Positions 12,601 to 23,811 of a stretch of 64,000 nt of DNA are shown here, piece after piece. The translations under genes were made by a program, and so were the position numbers. Position 1 is the stretch's first letter, and each line of letters begins with the position of its first letter. The stretch covers positions 184,636,001 to 184,700,000 of the forward strand of contig CM097885.1 of NCBI GenBank assembly GCA_044892525.1, read 5' to 3'. Source of the DNA: Schmidtea polychroa (Eukaryota). Under the pieces are notes generated by a model that saw only the letters and a list, made by a program, of their open reading frames with translations, did no database searches and was not told the origin of the DNA.

Positions 12601-15600
12601 TTAAGCTATATGCGAGAAATTCTTTATAAACTTTCTATAATAGCTTGCTAATCCTAAGAATTGCCTCACATCATCCGCATTCTTTGGAATTGGATACACT
12701 TCCACCTTTTTAATGTTGTCAGGATTTGTTTGTAGACCTCGTCTTGATATTATATGACCAACATACACCACTTCGGATTTTCCCCATTCACACTTCGATG
12801 GTTTTATTTTCAATTTTGCTCCTTTTAGTCGTTTAAATACTGCCTCAACATCATCGAGATGTTCATCAAAGCTATTTGAAAATATAATAATATCATCAAT
12901 ATAAACTAACGCGTGTTTTAAGCCTCTTAATACAAAATTCATACCTCTTTGAAATGTAGCCGGGGCTCCCGTCAAACCGAACGGTAGAACATTGAACTCA
13001 TATAACCCTTTGCTATCTGAAAAGGCTGTCTTCTTTCTATCCTCTTCCTTGACTTTAAATTGATTATACCCTTTATTCAAATCAATCACAGTAAAATATT
13101 GAGCTTCTCCCATCTGATCGAACATTTCCTGGGGTACAGGAATTGGATATGTATCTTTTCTTGTTACCTGGTTCAGTTTTCTGTAATCCACACAAAATCG
13201 TAAATCTCCGTCTTTTTTCTTTACAATTACAATGGACGACGAAAACGGTGATGAGCTATCTCTGATTATTCCAAAATCTTTCATTGCCTGAATTTGTCGA
13301 TCACTTTCGGTTTGATGAATATATGGTATTCGGTACGGTTTTATTTTCACCGGGGTTTCATCCAACAACGGAATTTCATGTTCAATTATATTTGTTAACC
13401 CCAAGTCATATTCGTGTCTCGCAAAAATATCCCGGTATCTCCTCAATAATTCTGTAAACTTTTGCCTTTGCTCTTCGGTCAGATCAGTACTTACTACTTC
13501 AGGTTCTTTATAAATTTTTACGTTTCTAGGAATCTTCCTTTCCGCTTCTATCAACATATTAGACAATTTGCCTAGTTTCGTCTTTGGTTTTAGCCGAATT
13601 GGCTTGTCACCATAATTAGCTATTCGCACTGGTAATAATTGATTTTCCACTTTCACAATTTCGTCACACATCGGGGTCTCGTATTTTTCTATTAACGTTT
13701 GATTCGGTTCAAATATAAATTCGTCATTGTCTACGCCAGCAGCGTTCGCATAATATATTATTTCTGTTTGAGGTGGGATGGTTACCGATTGACTGAGAAA
13801 TACTTGTCCTAAATCATGAATGACTTCGCCACTTTTTCCCACGATTAAATTTCCAGTTTTAAAATCCAGTGAGATTCCGTCTAACTGCTCCAGTACATCC
13901 ATTCCAATCAAACACAATACAGGGCTTTTTTCCATAATCTGTACGTTATGTGTAATCTTTCTGTCACCAATTAGAAGTACCACTTCTATTTCTCCAATTA
14001 TTCTCAATACGTTTTTAGACAGTGATCTGATTATGCTATTTGATGGTTTTATTTGCCTTTTCTCCTTTGCCGACAATATCTCTTCTGATATAATTGTATG
14101 ACTTGATCCTGAATCCACAACAGCCTCCACTCTCTTTTTATTTAGTTGGATTAATATTCGTGGTTGTTTGCCAATTTTTGCTAACGTCATCAATACATAA
14201 TTTCCGGGTAAACCTAATCTGTTTCGTCTTTCGATTTCGGCACTTGTTGGTTCGATTCTCTCACATTGTAAAGCAATATTTTCGACTGGTTTCATTTCCC
14301 TCAATTTTTCGACTGGATACGCTGGTAGTGGTCGGATAAACGATTTTGGTATACACAATCTAGAAAAAGTATCCTGATTATCATTATTGGACAGCGATTC
14401 TTTTAGCAGTTGATAGTTTTTCAATGTGTTACTTTGCATTCGTTCCTCCGAATACAACGGGGCGGATTCATTGATATTTTCGTCATCATTTTTGTCATCG
14501 TTAGAAGTAGTAGTCAAATCGATATAACTTACCTTTTTCTTTTTCATCAGTCGTGTTTTCAAAGTTTCCATCTCTTTATACTGGTGATGTGTGATAAAAA
14601 ATCTGGCTAGCAATGGAACGCATCCCATGACTAATTTCCAAGACAATCCCGTAATAGTATACAATCTGTGTGTTGACAACACCTGCGAGATTATTACTTT
14701 AATCACGATTCCAATTACGTAGATTCCGATTAATCCAGCACAAGCTTGACCAATAAACATGAACTTTCCCCATATCTTTTTCATCGTATTATATGTTGCA
14801 CTTTTGTAATGATCAGGTGTTAACAAGTAGTCGTAATTTGCTTTCCCAGTTCCACTCGGGAGAATAGTGTCCACCATTTCCATAATCACCCTTTCTTTTT
14901 TTGATGGAAATAATAAATTTCTCCGGGCCGCTTCAATATCATCACTTGAATACATCCCACTTTGCGTCATACTATCTAGCGATGTAAAATTAATCAAATA
15001 CTCTAATTTGGTCAACTCCAATTTCTCTGGAACTTTCACTCCTCTGTGATCGGGTAGTGCAATCCATGATTCAGACGTCAAGCGATACAGTGGAGCCAAT
15101 AATCTATTACATTGCAATACTTTAGGCTTCACGTCCTCTTCCAGTAGAATGCGTCTCACCGGTTCCATGAATCGCAATTTCCCGTTAAAATTCACTGGCA
15201 ATTCATTTGTACATTGATCGAATTTCATCAATTTGATAGGTACAGCTTTGCATTTATAGCTATACAACGCTTCGCCAAAAATTCGAGCAAATACTCCGTT
15301 CTCTGATATTAGCATTGGACCAACTAAATTCGGATTTGTAATAGCCATCGCCATTCTGTTTCGCAAAATTTCCTTATTTAACTTGCAATTATTTAATATA
15401 ATTTCTCGATACACACTTTCGACCGTATCTTGGCTAAAATGAAACAGATAATCAATTTTGTTATTGAAATAATTCGTTAGTTTAATTTCCTCTGAATATA
15501 ACTTCGTTTGAGCTTCCTCGACAATTCTTTTTGATACATAAATTCCTTTATAATTTGTTTCATATACTGTTTGTCCACATTTGGTATTTATACCCTTTCT

Positions 15601-16448
15601 GAGAAATCTCATCCCATCATTCGGGGATATTGCCATTAATACCGTTGGAATATCTTTCATTCGCAAAGGCGTAATTCTAATCGTTGTATTCATCACTGGA
15701 TTTAGAATTGTACTTTCTGGTCTCTCTTGAATTTGCTCTCCTGTTATCTCTTTGAAAGGCATCGATTTTAAGTGCGCTAAGTTACACTTTTTCACATTCA
15801 CGTCGTACACCAAAATTGATTCACCTGTATTACAACTGGTTTCTCTCATATTGCAAAATGGATGCGTTTGTAATTTTCCCGTGTCATCATCGAACGATCC
15901 GTCAAAATATTTCAACTTTGATTCGTACTCTTCTATAACAACGACTTTGTCAATAACCTGTTCACCCACCTTGTGCGATTCACCTTCGCAATCACCATTT
16001 GCTTTGATCACCCCTTTTATTGCAATTGTTTCGCGAATTTTGTGATTCACTTTCGCTTTTAACTTAATTTCCGCATTTATTTTTAATTCTCCTGTTTGAA
16101 ACGCTGCCAAACAGTTTTCGCGAGTTATCTCAATTACTCTAGGGATTGAATGCATTTTTATTAACGACGAATGACTCCATTTGCCACAATAAAATGTAAA
16201 TGTGGTCCTTTTTGCCGTACATTCTCTCACTTTTACTCGTCTAAATCCTGATTCTTGATAAACATGATATTTCATCTCAATTGCTCATTTAAATTTCTCG
16301 GATATGCATCCAGACATTCAGCTACATCTACTAGCGAGTATACTTTTCCCATTTCTGTTTGAGAACAATCATAAGCTACCAATGACGTTGTAGTATTGAT
16401 AAATCCTAATATTATGATAATAAACATAGATACCCATGGAACTATCAT
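12601..16448 (-). CDS. env: Envelope glycoprotein (chuvirus-like) fused in frame to protease and reverse transcriptase; one frameshift near 16295
   Basis: Signal peptide MIVPWVSMFIIIILGF then AYDC; Cys-rich ectodomain; TM region WGKFMFIG..GLIGIYVIGIVIKVII (~14760-14690); then, with no stop, VVDSGS protease (~14110) and YIDD RT (~12895). Confidence 0.85.
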
Positions 16449-16533
16449 TTTCCCCTTTTTTGGCTCATACACCCTTTTCAAATTTTCCGGTTTTAGTGTC
16501 AACTTTTTCCATCCACCATTACACTTGATCCAA

Positions 16534-17367
16534 CTATTTACATACTGCTTGTTCAATCCACTTTTCCGATTCATCAGATTCCAGCCAACTGTAGATACCA
16601 ATTTCGAAAACAATATAAGCAAGGACTGATAATACCACATCTTTACTCAAACCGTTTTTAATTAGCTCTTTGATTACTGTTTCATCGCAAAATATGTCTT
16701 CTTTCCTAATTTTTTTAAGTGCTACAGGAAGTCGTCCTTTCAGTTCTCTGGCAAGTTGTTGTATGAATTCATCGTTACATATATTCTTTTCATCCAGTGC
16801 ATATAATTCCGATGCCAACCCTTTAAGAATTAATTTTGTTAGCTTTACATCATTTAAGTCCAATTTTCCCACATCACTGGACTCCGTTTTATCTAAATCG
16901 TTTCGTTCCTCTTTATTGTTTAACTTGTATTTTCTTCGCTTCCGGTTGTTCGATTGACCACCGTCTTCTGTTTCTACAAAATTCGATTCGCATTTCATTC
17001 TCTCTGCAATTAACATCTCTTCAGTTACATTGCTAATCTCTTGATTTACTACATAAGTTTTATCTGCTCCATTACTAATATTCTCGTTTTGCTCTTCACC
17101 CAAATCTATTTGTTTTGATTCGCACTCGTCACACTCGGCTTCTCTTGGTTCCTCCGTTAATTTACTTTTGTACTTTTCACACTCGTTTTCGTTCGGTTCC
17201 TCAGATAATTCAGTTTTGATCACAGTATTGTTATCATCTTCTTTTTCGATAAAGGGCCAATGAGTTCCATCCTCAGAAATATTCATCTGTGTTGTGGCAT
17301 AGATATTATTTATGTAGTTCGGGCTGCCTCCGCAATTGACAAAATATTCGTCATCGTCTAATTCCAC
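16534..17367 (-). CDS. Acidic ORF, probably the frameshifted C-terminal continuation of gag
   Basis: Its start ELDDDEYFVNCGGSPNY resembles QLVDEEFLVDCGLIPGY of the upstream ubiquitin-like repeat, so the frame change looks like a lesion. Confidence 0.65.
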   Translation of the reverse strand: MELDDDEYFVNCGGSPNYINNIYATTQMNISEDGTHWPFIEKEDDNNTVIKTELSEEPNENECEKYKSKLTEEPREAECDECESKQIDLGEEQNENISNGADKTYVVNQEISNVTEEMLIAERMKCESNFVETEDGGQSNNRKRRKYKLNNKEERNDLDKTESSDVGKLDLNDVKLTKLILKGLASELYALDEKNICNDEFIQQLARELKGRLPVALKKIRKEDIFCDETVIKELIKNGLSKDVVLSVLAYIVFEIGIYSWLESDESEKWIEQAVCK

Positions 17368-18859
17368 TCGGTGCCCAATGTTTCTGCCACTTTCCGTCGT
17401 AATTTCGCCACCTTTATGCTCCAGTGCTCTTGTAGGTATTCTACTTTTCCATTCATATTTAGAGCTATTACTAAGGATTTTGAAGTATGATCTGATACTC
17501 GGTAACCATGACCTAGCATTCGTATTACTTCCTTCAATTTAACTTGATAATTTGTTGTTTTATGAATATAAGGTAAAATATTTTCAAATAATTGTTCTTT
17601 TGATTTTTGATCCATTTCTGAATTCATTATATAATCAAGGCATTTATTAATTTCATCTTCATCTCCGACATACAGCATATCTCGCAAATCCTGTAATTTT
17701 TCCTCCCAACTTTTACCAGCTAAATTTGAATAATTAATGACATTTAAAATTTTTACCTCGTTTTTATATCCAGGAATTAAACCACAATCGACCAAGAATT
17801 CCTCATCCACTAATTGACCAATTTGACGTTGTATGAATTTTATTTGTACTTCATTTCCTTGGTATTTTGACATAATAAGCTTTTTCAAATCTTTTATCTG
17901 TCCATCTGGTTTAATAAAAATTTGAAATTTTACGTCATCTCCATTGGTGGTTTCTACCAAAATATCAGGCAGACCTTTTGTTAATCTCAAAGCTTTTCCA
18001 AATATTTTCATCAGTTTGGCAATTTCATCATCTTGAAATTTATTGTAGACCTTTGAACATAAATTTAAAATATTTTTCAACTTTCTTTGGCTGAGTTGCA
18101 TTTGAGATAGTTCACTAATCCACTCTTTCAATTTTGGATTATTTGTTTCCATTCTCGTATACCATCTTTCTATTTTATTTATCAATAATATAGCTTTTTC
18201 ATTTGACAAGTCATTTTTCGCTTTATCTCCAAGACTTTCTTTTTCATCGGTTTCTTTTTTGTACACCATACAAGAATCAATTTCCTCCTCTGATTCGAAT
18301 TTTGACATTAGTTTGTTTAATTTCTGTCTCATTTCCCGGAATTCATTTTCCATTTTCTCTTTGAACTCGTCCTTTTGAGCATAGGCTACATTAGCGTTGG
18401 ATGATTCATCCTGAAATCTAATAGATTTCTTCAGTATTGGTCTGCTGAATCTTTCTGCTTTCTTTGGGCATGATCGAGCCATGTGGCCATAACCTTTGCA
18501 TGAATGACATTGAATTTGTCCATTTGTATTTACTTTATCTCGTTGCGGTGACGGAGATGTTGATGGTGATCGATTTTTAGAAAAGCAATTTCTGCTAATG
18601 TGACCCGTTTTCCCACATCGATAACATTCCAAGTTGCTCTTGTTTGGTTTGTTTTCCACAAATATTCTTTTAGGACTACTATTTCTGCCATATTTGAACC
18701 AACATTGGTTTGAATAATGTCCGATTTTTTTGCAGTGCTCGCATACGACACTATTTGATCTCTCGGTTAGCTGGCTACCAAAAGCTGCTTTGTTAGTTTC
18801 TATCTTGGTACCTAATCTGGGAGAACTGATTGTTTGGATTGGTCTCTTGGATTCCCATT
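17358..18859 (-). CDS. gag: Gag 3' portion: three CCHC knuckles, coiled coil, ubiquitin-like repeats
   Basis: CEHCKKIGHYSNQC, CYRCGKTGHISRNC, CHSCKGYGHMARSC; resumes right after the poly(T) end of the inserted element. Confidence 0.9.
17695..18859. repeat. 1165-bp direct repeat of gag, copy 1
   Basis: Identical to 32199-33363 except one base (18787 vs 33291) in a line-by-line comparison. Confidence 0.95.
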
Positions 18860-20546
18860 AAAAAAAAAAAAAAAAATCAAGTTTTATTTTATAATACATA
18901 TGAAGGCCCTATGGCCTAGAAGGGGAGAGTGATTCTCGCCCTTATGAGGTCTGCAGCATTTATCCTTTTTGGTCGGTGTATACCAGAGTTAAAAACTCCA
19001 GTATCAAAACGTTGGTGGTCTATTGGTTGGAGTTGTCTTAATTGGAGTAAATTGGGATATTATTGATCATTAGGTGTTAGAGGTTTGGCGTAGCATTGAA
19101 GTTGAAGAGTCATCAGTAGAGTCATCGTTTGTCGGAATTCAGTATCTGAATGTGGAGAAGTCATCATAAGAGGAGTCATTGTTTGTTTGTGTTGATTGGG
19201 CTTTGAGCATTGTGAGGATCAGTCATTTGCGAGGAGGACATAGACGTAATATCTAAATAAAAATTGTTGGGGCAGGAAGGCTCCATTGCGAGGTTTGTAG
19301 CGGTAATAGTTACTTATTATAGTATTTATTGAAAGGAGTTGATGAAGGTTGGGATATGTATATTAATAGCTAATCGTAGTATTGATTATAATAGTAATAT
19401 TATAGTACTAATCATTATAGTATTAATAAGAACAACTAAAAAGACCACCAAATAGGCAGAACCCCTACAAGGATTCTTACAATAACCCATTCGGTGATTA
19501 ACCGGTAGTACAGTAATTATAAATGATGATATGTATAATAATAATAATAATAATAATAAAAATAGAGATAATAATAGTGATAATCACAATAATAACAGCA
19601 TCCATAACAATAATAATAACAAAAGTAATAACAGCAATATGAATGATAATAAAAACAAACAGTAGTAACTATTAGAAGGAGCCATAAGGGGGTGAAAGTA
19701 AGACAAGGGGAGGTTGAGAAAAGTTATCATGATAGAAGTGGCAATGAGAATATTAAGAGAATAAAACCCAATAANNNNNNNNNNNNNNNNNNNNNNNNNN
19801 NNNNNNNNNNNNNNNNNNNNNNNNNNNNNNNNNNNNNNNNNNNNNNNNNNNNNNNNNNNNNNNNNNNNNNNNNNNNNNNNNNNNNNNNNNNNNNNNNNNN
19901 NNNNNNNNNNNNNNNNNNNNNNNNNNNNNNNNNNNNNNNNNNNNNNNNNNNNNNNNNNNNNNNNNNNNNNNNNNNNNNNNNNNNNNNNNNNNNNNNNNNN
20001 NNNNNNNNNNNNNNNNNNNNNNNNNNNNNNNNNNNNNNNNNNNNNNNNNNNNNNNNNNNNNNNNNNNNNNNNNNNNNNNNNNNNNNNNNNNNNNNNNNNN
20101 NNNNNNNNNNNNNNNNNNNNNNNNNNNNNNNNNNNNNNNNNNNNNNNTACCCAGCATATTATTATAGTATAAGAGTTTTGAGTTTTATGTTGATTTTAGG
20201 ATAGGAAAATCACAGGTGAGATGGAATTTAAGTTAGAGATTCAATAATGTTATTGTAATTTTATTTTAGAGGTATATATTAAATTATCATTAGTTTATTT
20301 ATTTAATAATAGAGCCATAATGTACAATGATGTTATCATATAAATACTTTTAATAATAAGTTTCTAATAGTTTATAATGAAGGATGTAAATATATCAACG
20401 CCCAAGGAGGATTTTCTATGATTAAAGTTAATTAGTTATTTAGTGTATTACTTAGGAGGATAGTTTTGTATAAGTATAATATAGCCATAATGGACAATAT
20501 AGATAGTAATCAATGCTTTGAGTACAAATATGTATAAATAATAATA

Positions 20547-22754
20547 TCAGTCTTTGAGGGTGTGCTCTCTTAAGATATGGTAGCTACTTATGACGGCAGC
20601 CGTGCAGGCTTTCCGAGCTAGACCAATAATTTCTTGTTTCGTGAGGCCAATTTTTTTAAGTACCTGGTTATTGTTGCTATCCCAGGATCCGAGAGTACCG
20701 ATTACTAGGGCTGAGATAGTGGTTTTGGTTTTGTGGACTTTCTCAATATCTATGGCTAGTTTGGCGTATTTAATATAGTTATTTTTAACAGCGGTTTTAA
20801 AGTTTTCCTTTTGTTCGTAGGGGACTTTTATGTCAAGTATATGAATGTTCTTATTTCTAGAGGATTTTATGAGAAGATCGGGTTTAAGAGTTGAATTTAC
20901 ACCCTCAGGTGAAATTTCAATGTCAAAGTGAAAGTTATAATTAGATAGACATTCGCAGACCGCTTCAAGGACACGGGAGTGCTTATTTCTGCGCGCATTA
21001 ATTTTTGCAGGGCAATGGTTAAATATGTGGGCCTGAGTTTCGGGGTGTGAGTTGCATTGCCGACAGAGAATAGATTTTTTATTTTTAAGTCGATGAGGTG
21101 TGAAATTTAGTTTTAGCAGGTTGTTGCGAGCCCTAACAAGAAAGAAGAATTGGGCGTCGCTGAGTATATCAGATTTCAGGAGGAAGTCAGAAGTGCTACT
21201 GTCAGTAATGGATTTGGCAATATGGCCCTGGTAAGTTAGGATCGTCCATTTTTCTGCGTGTATAAAACCAATGATGCAGTGCAGTTCAGAGGAGATGTTC
21301 TTCATGTTTTGTTCATTAAAGTAATTAATTCTATCTTTATATTTGATTTCAAGTTGATAAAGGTCTTCCATCAGCACAATTTTAGCTTGTATGCCATATT
21401 TCCTACGAAGCAGATCAACAGATTTTTTGAATTTCGAGAAGATAGAATGAGTTGGGAAGGCTTTAGAGATGTTGCCATTAATCCAGGATATTGCGGCTTC
21501 AAGGTTACCTTGGCCACGTGCTAAAGCAAGTTCTGAGAGGACAAGATTACGAAAGGTGAGGTCAGATGAGTTTAGAGCACGCGATAGGTGTACAATGCTT
21601 TGTATTACATATTCGTCTATTGCAGCGGTAAGTCCAAGTCCGCCCATTTTTATAGAGGCGTATATGAAGTTGTTGTTAAATTGTAAGAGTTTATCCCCCA
21701 GAGAGGTTTTTATCATTTTTCTAATCTTATTGTCAAAACCCTTTTGGGGGACACGATCTTTTATGAAGGTATCTTTATGAGAGTCTAGTATTTTATGGAG
21801 AATTTCACAATTACGGAAGGGAAAGATCAATCGAGAGTGTATGAATATCTTGAAGGCATTAATCTTCTGAGATGGGTGAAGATGTGAGTTTAGGATTTTT
21901 TCGGTATCGTTAATAGCGAGTTCAAGTCTTTCATCAATATTGTGCCTTTTCTTATAAGCGAAGTCTACTCCCAGATATTTGTAGAAGTTCGAGTCGTCTA
22001 CTTTAGGAATAATCTCCTTATATAGTTTAATTGGCTGGTGGTTATTACTGTCATTTAAGTGGAAATAACCAGATTTCGAGGGTTTAAATTTTAGATTGGC
22101 TAGGGAGGCGAGACGAATAGTTTCAAGGAGAGCAGAGGTGATTGATGGGTAAGAGTCTGAGATCAATACGATGTCATCCGCGTATGCTAAAATACCAATA
22201 TTCATGTCACCAAACATGAAAGGATGGGAGAAAAGGATATTTTTTATAATATAGTCAATAGAGAGGCAGAAAAGGGTCATGGAGAGTGGGCATCCTTGTT
22301 TCACTCCCTTCAGGATGGGAACTGAGGGCGATTTTTCACCTTCGCAGTCAAAGATGGTCATGACATTGTCGTACATATTGTTTATCAGTCTAATGGTGTT
22401 AGGGTGTAAACCTATTGTAGAAAGAGTATGCCAGATGAGATCATGTGGTAGGGAGCCGAAGGCATCAGTGATATCCAGCCAGACAATATGAAGGTCAGAT
22501 TTGTTTCTTATGGAGGCGTCCTTAATGAGTTGAAGGATAAGATTATGTTCAGCGCATCCATCGGGAGTGCCGATTGCTTTCCGGTTTTTCGAGATAAGGT
22601 TACCCTCTTTGATCCATCCAAGAAGTCTGTTATTAAGAAGTGAGGAGAAAACGCGGTATGCTGTATTCATGATGGAGATCGGTCTCCATGAACTGGCTTC
22701 ATGGCTTATCTCGTTCTTACCGGCTTTGAGGATGAGTTTTGTCCGAAAGGTTTT
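20547..22754 (-). CDS. RT plus restriction-like endonuclease of element A
   Basis: WRPISIM, GVKQGCPLS, AYADD, YKYLG, CRQC..ETQAHIFNHC, KPDL..LDIKVP..KY. Confidence 0.95.
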   Translation of the reverse strand, partial: KTFRTKLILKAGKNEISHEASSWRPISIMNTAYRVFSSLLNNRLLGWIKEGNLISKNRKAIGTPDGCAEHNLILQLIKDASIRNKSDLHIVWLDITDAFGSLPHDLIWHTLSTIGLHPNTIRLINNMYDNVMTIFDCEGEKSPSVPILKGVKQGCPLSMTLFCLSIDYIIKNILFSHPFMFGDMNIGILAYADDIVLISDSYPSITSALLETIRLASLANLKFKPSKSGYFHLNDSNNHQPIKLYKEIIPKVDDSNFYKYLGVDFAYKKRHNIDERLELAINDTEKILNSHLHPSQKINAFKIFIHSRLIFPFRNCEILHKILDSHKDTFIKDRVPQKGFDNKIRKMIKTSLGDKLLQFNNNFIYASIKMGGLGLTAAIDEYVIQSIVHLSRALNSSDLTFRNLVLSELALARGQGNLEAAISWINGNISKAFPTHSIFSKFKKSVDLLRRKYGIQAKIVLMEDLYQLEIKYKDRINYFNEQNMKNISSELHCIIGFIHAEKWTILTYQGHIAKSITDSSTSDFLLKSDILSDAQFFFLVRARNNLLKLNFTPHRLKNKKSILCRQCNSHPETQAHIFNHCPAKINARRNKHSRVLEAVCECLSNYNFHFDIEISPEGVNSTLKPDLLIKSSRNKNIHILDIKVPYEQKENFKTAVKNNYIKYAKLAIDIEKVHKTKTTISALVIGTLGSWDSNNNQVLKKIGLTKQEIIGLARKACTAAVISSYHILREHTLKD

Positions 22755-23389
22755 CTAAGTAGATGGACAGAGGGAGTTCCTTTGGATGTTATTACATATA
22801 GAGAGAAGAAGTTCAAAATCTGGTGATATCTTTTTCCAATTGGCAAGTGTGATAAGATCTAATCCTGGGGCGGTATTGTCAAGATTGGAGACAATGTATT
22901 TGATCTCATCAATATCAAAGGGAGTAGAAGAGTAGTTTTCTGAGAAGGAGCAAAGGAGGTTAATAGAAGGCGGATTTGAGGTGATCAATTCTCCTGCGAA
23001 GAGTTTGAGAATATTGGTCATAGTGGGTTTTTGGAAGGTAAATTCATTGTTCAAGATCTTAGATATCTCCTCCTTGGGGTCAAATTTGTATCTGTTCCTT
23101 TTAATAATTAATAATTCTTTGTCTAGTTTTTTTGTCTTATGAATGATGTCAGCTGGTTTTTTATTAATGTATTTTAGGGCGTTAATATTTTCATTTATCT
23201 TTACAATTTCACCAAGGACTGTATCACAGTCAGTTGTATCAGTATTTAAGTTAATTATGAGGCTATTGATAAATGGTCGATATTTTCGCACATCATCATT
23301 AGCCATTCTGTTATTAATAATTTTTTTAATTATACTTTTTATCTTATCAGTCATACTCTGGATGTTTGGGGAGGTAATCCTATCATGTT

Positions 23390-23811
23390 TCATCAAGCAT
23401 TCAATCATATGGCATACAAAGAAAGCTGATTCATAAGGAAAGCTGCATCTGGGGTATTCAAGATACTGAAGGTTGATGTCTAAGGGAGAGACAATTTTTT
23501 GTAAGTCAAGAATGGTTTCAAGGATATTATAAGCAAGTATTTGATGGGTAGAGGGACATTCATCAGTGATAGGGTCAATAAGAGTTGCGAGTTTACGACG
23601 CTTGTCAAGAAAGAAGAAGAACCAATTGTCCTTGGAGTGGCACATTGGCATTATGATCTCATTCCAGTCAGCAAATTCTTTAAAGGGAAAGGATTCGAAG
23701 AAGGTTTTGAAGTTGTGCTGAATGAGGGCGTTTCCAATATAGGGGTCAATGAAGATAGAAGTAGGTCTTATGGCGAAAGAGAAGATGAAGGCCTTGATTG
23801 TATGCTGTGAC
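23390..23811 (-). CDS. Ulp1/C48 peptidase-like domain of element A, catalytic residues substituted
   Basis: IMPMCHSKDNWFFFFLD..LIDP and YPRCSFPYESAFFVC align by eye to the Ulp1 motifs IP.H..HW..D..DS and PQQ.NG.DCG.FV. Confidence 0.6.

Noticed and set aside
12595-12603. Programmed readthrough at the TAA between RT and RNase H
   Set aside because: It falls in the conserved IA(K/A)PL motif, one base from AAA, and the context is not an exact CARYYA; most likely a nonsense mutation.
16290-16305. RSV-type -1 slippery heptamer A AAT TTA in phase at the env frame break
   Set aside because: The -1 frame hits TGA after one codon; a single-base deletion (GAA GCA to GAG CA) explains the break more simply.
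17695-18859. Duplication length (1165) almost equals LTR length (1160)
   Set aside because: No sequence similarity or mechanism links them; treated as coincidence.
18900-18925. U2 snRNA-like GGCC..TGGCCTAG next to the tails (Utopia-type target)
   Set aside because: Similarity is limited to a short hairpin, there is no branch-point recognition sequence, and it belongs to the element's own 3' end.
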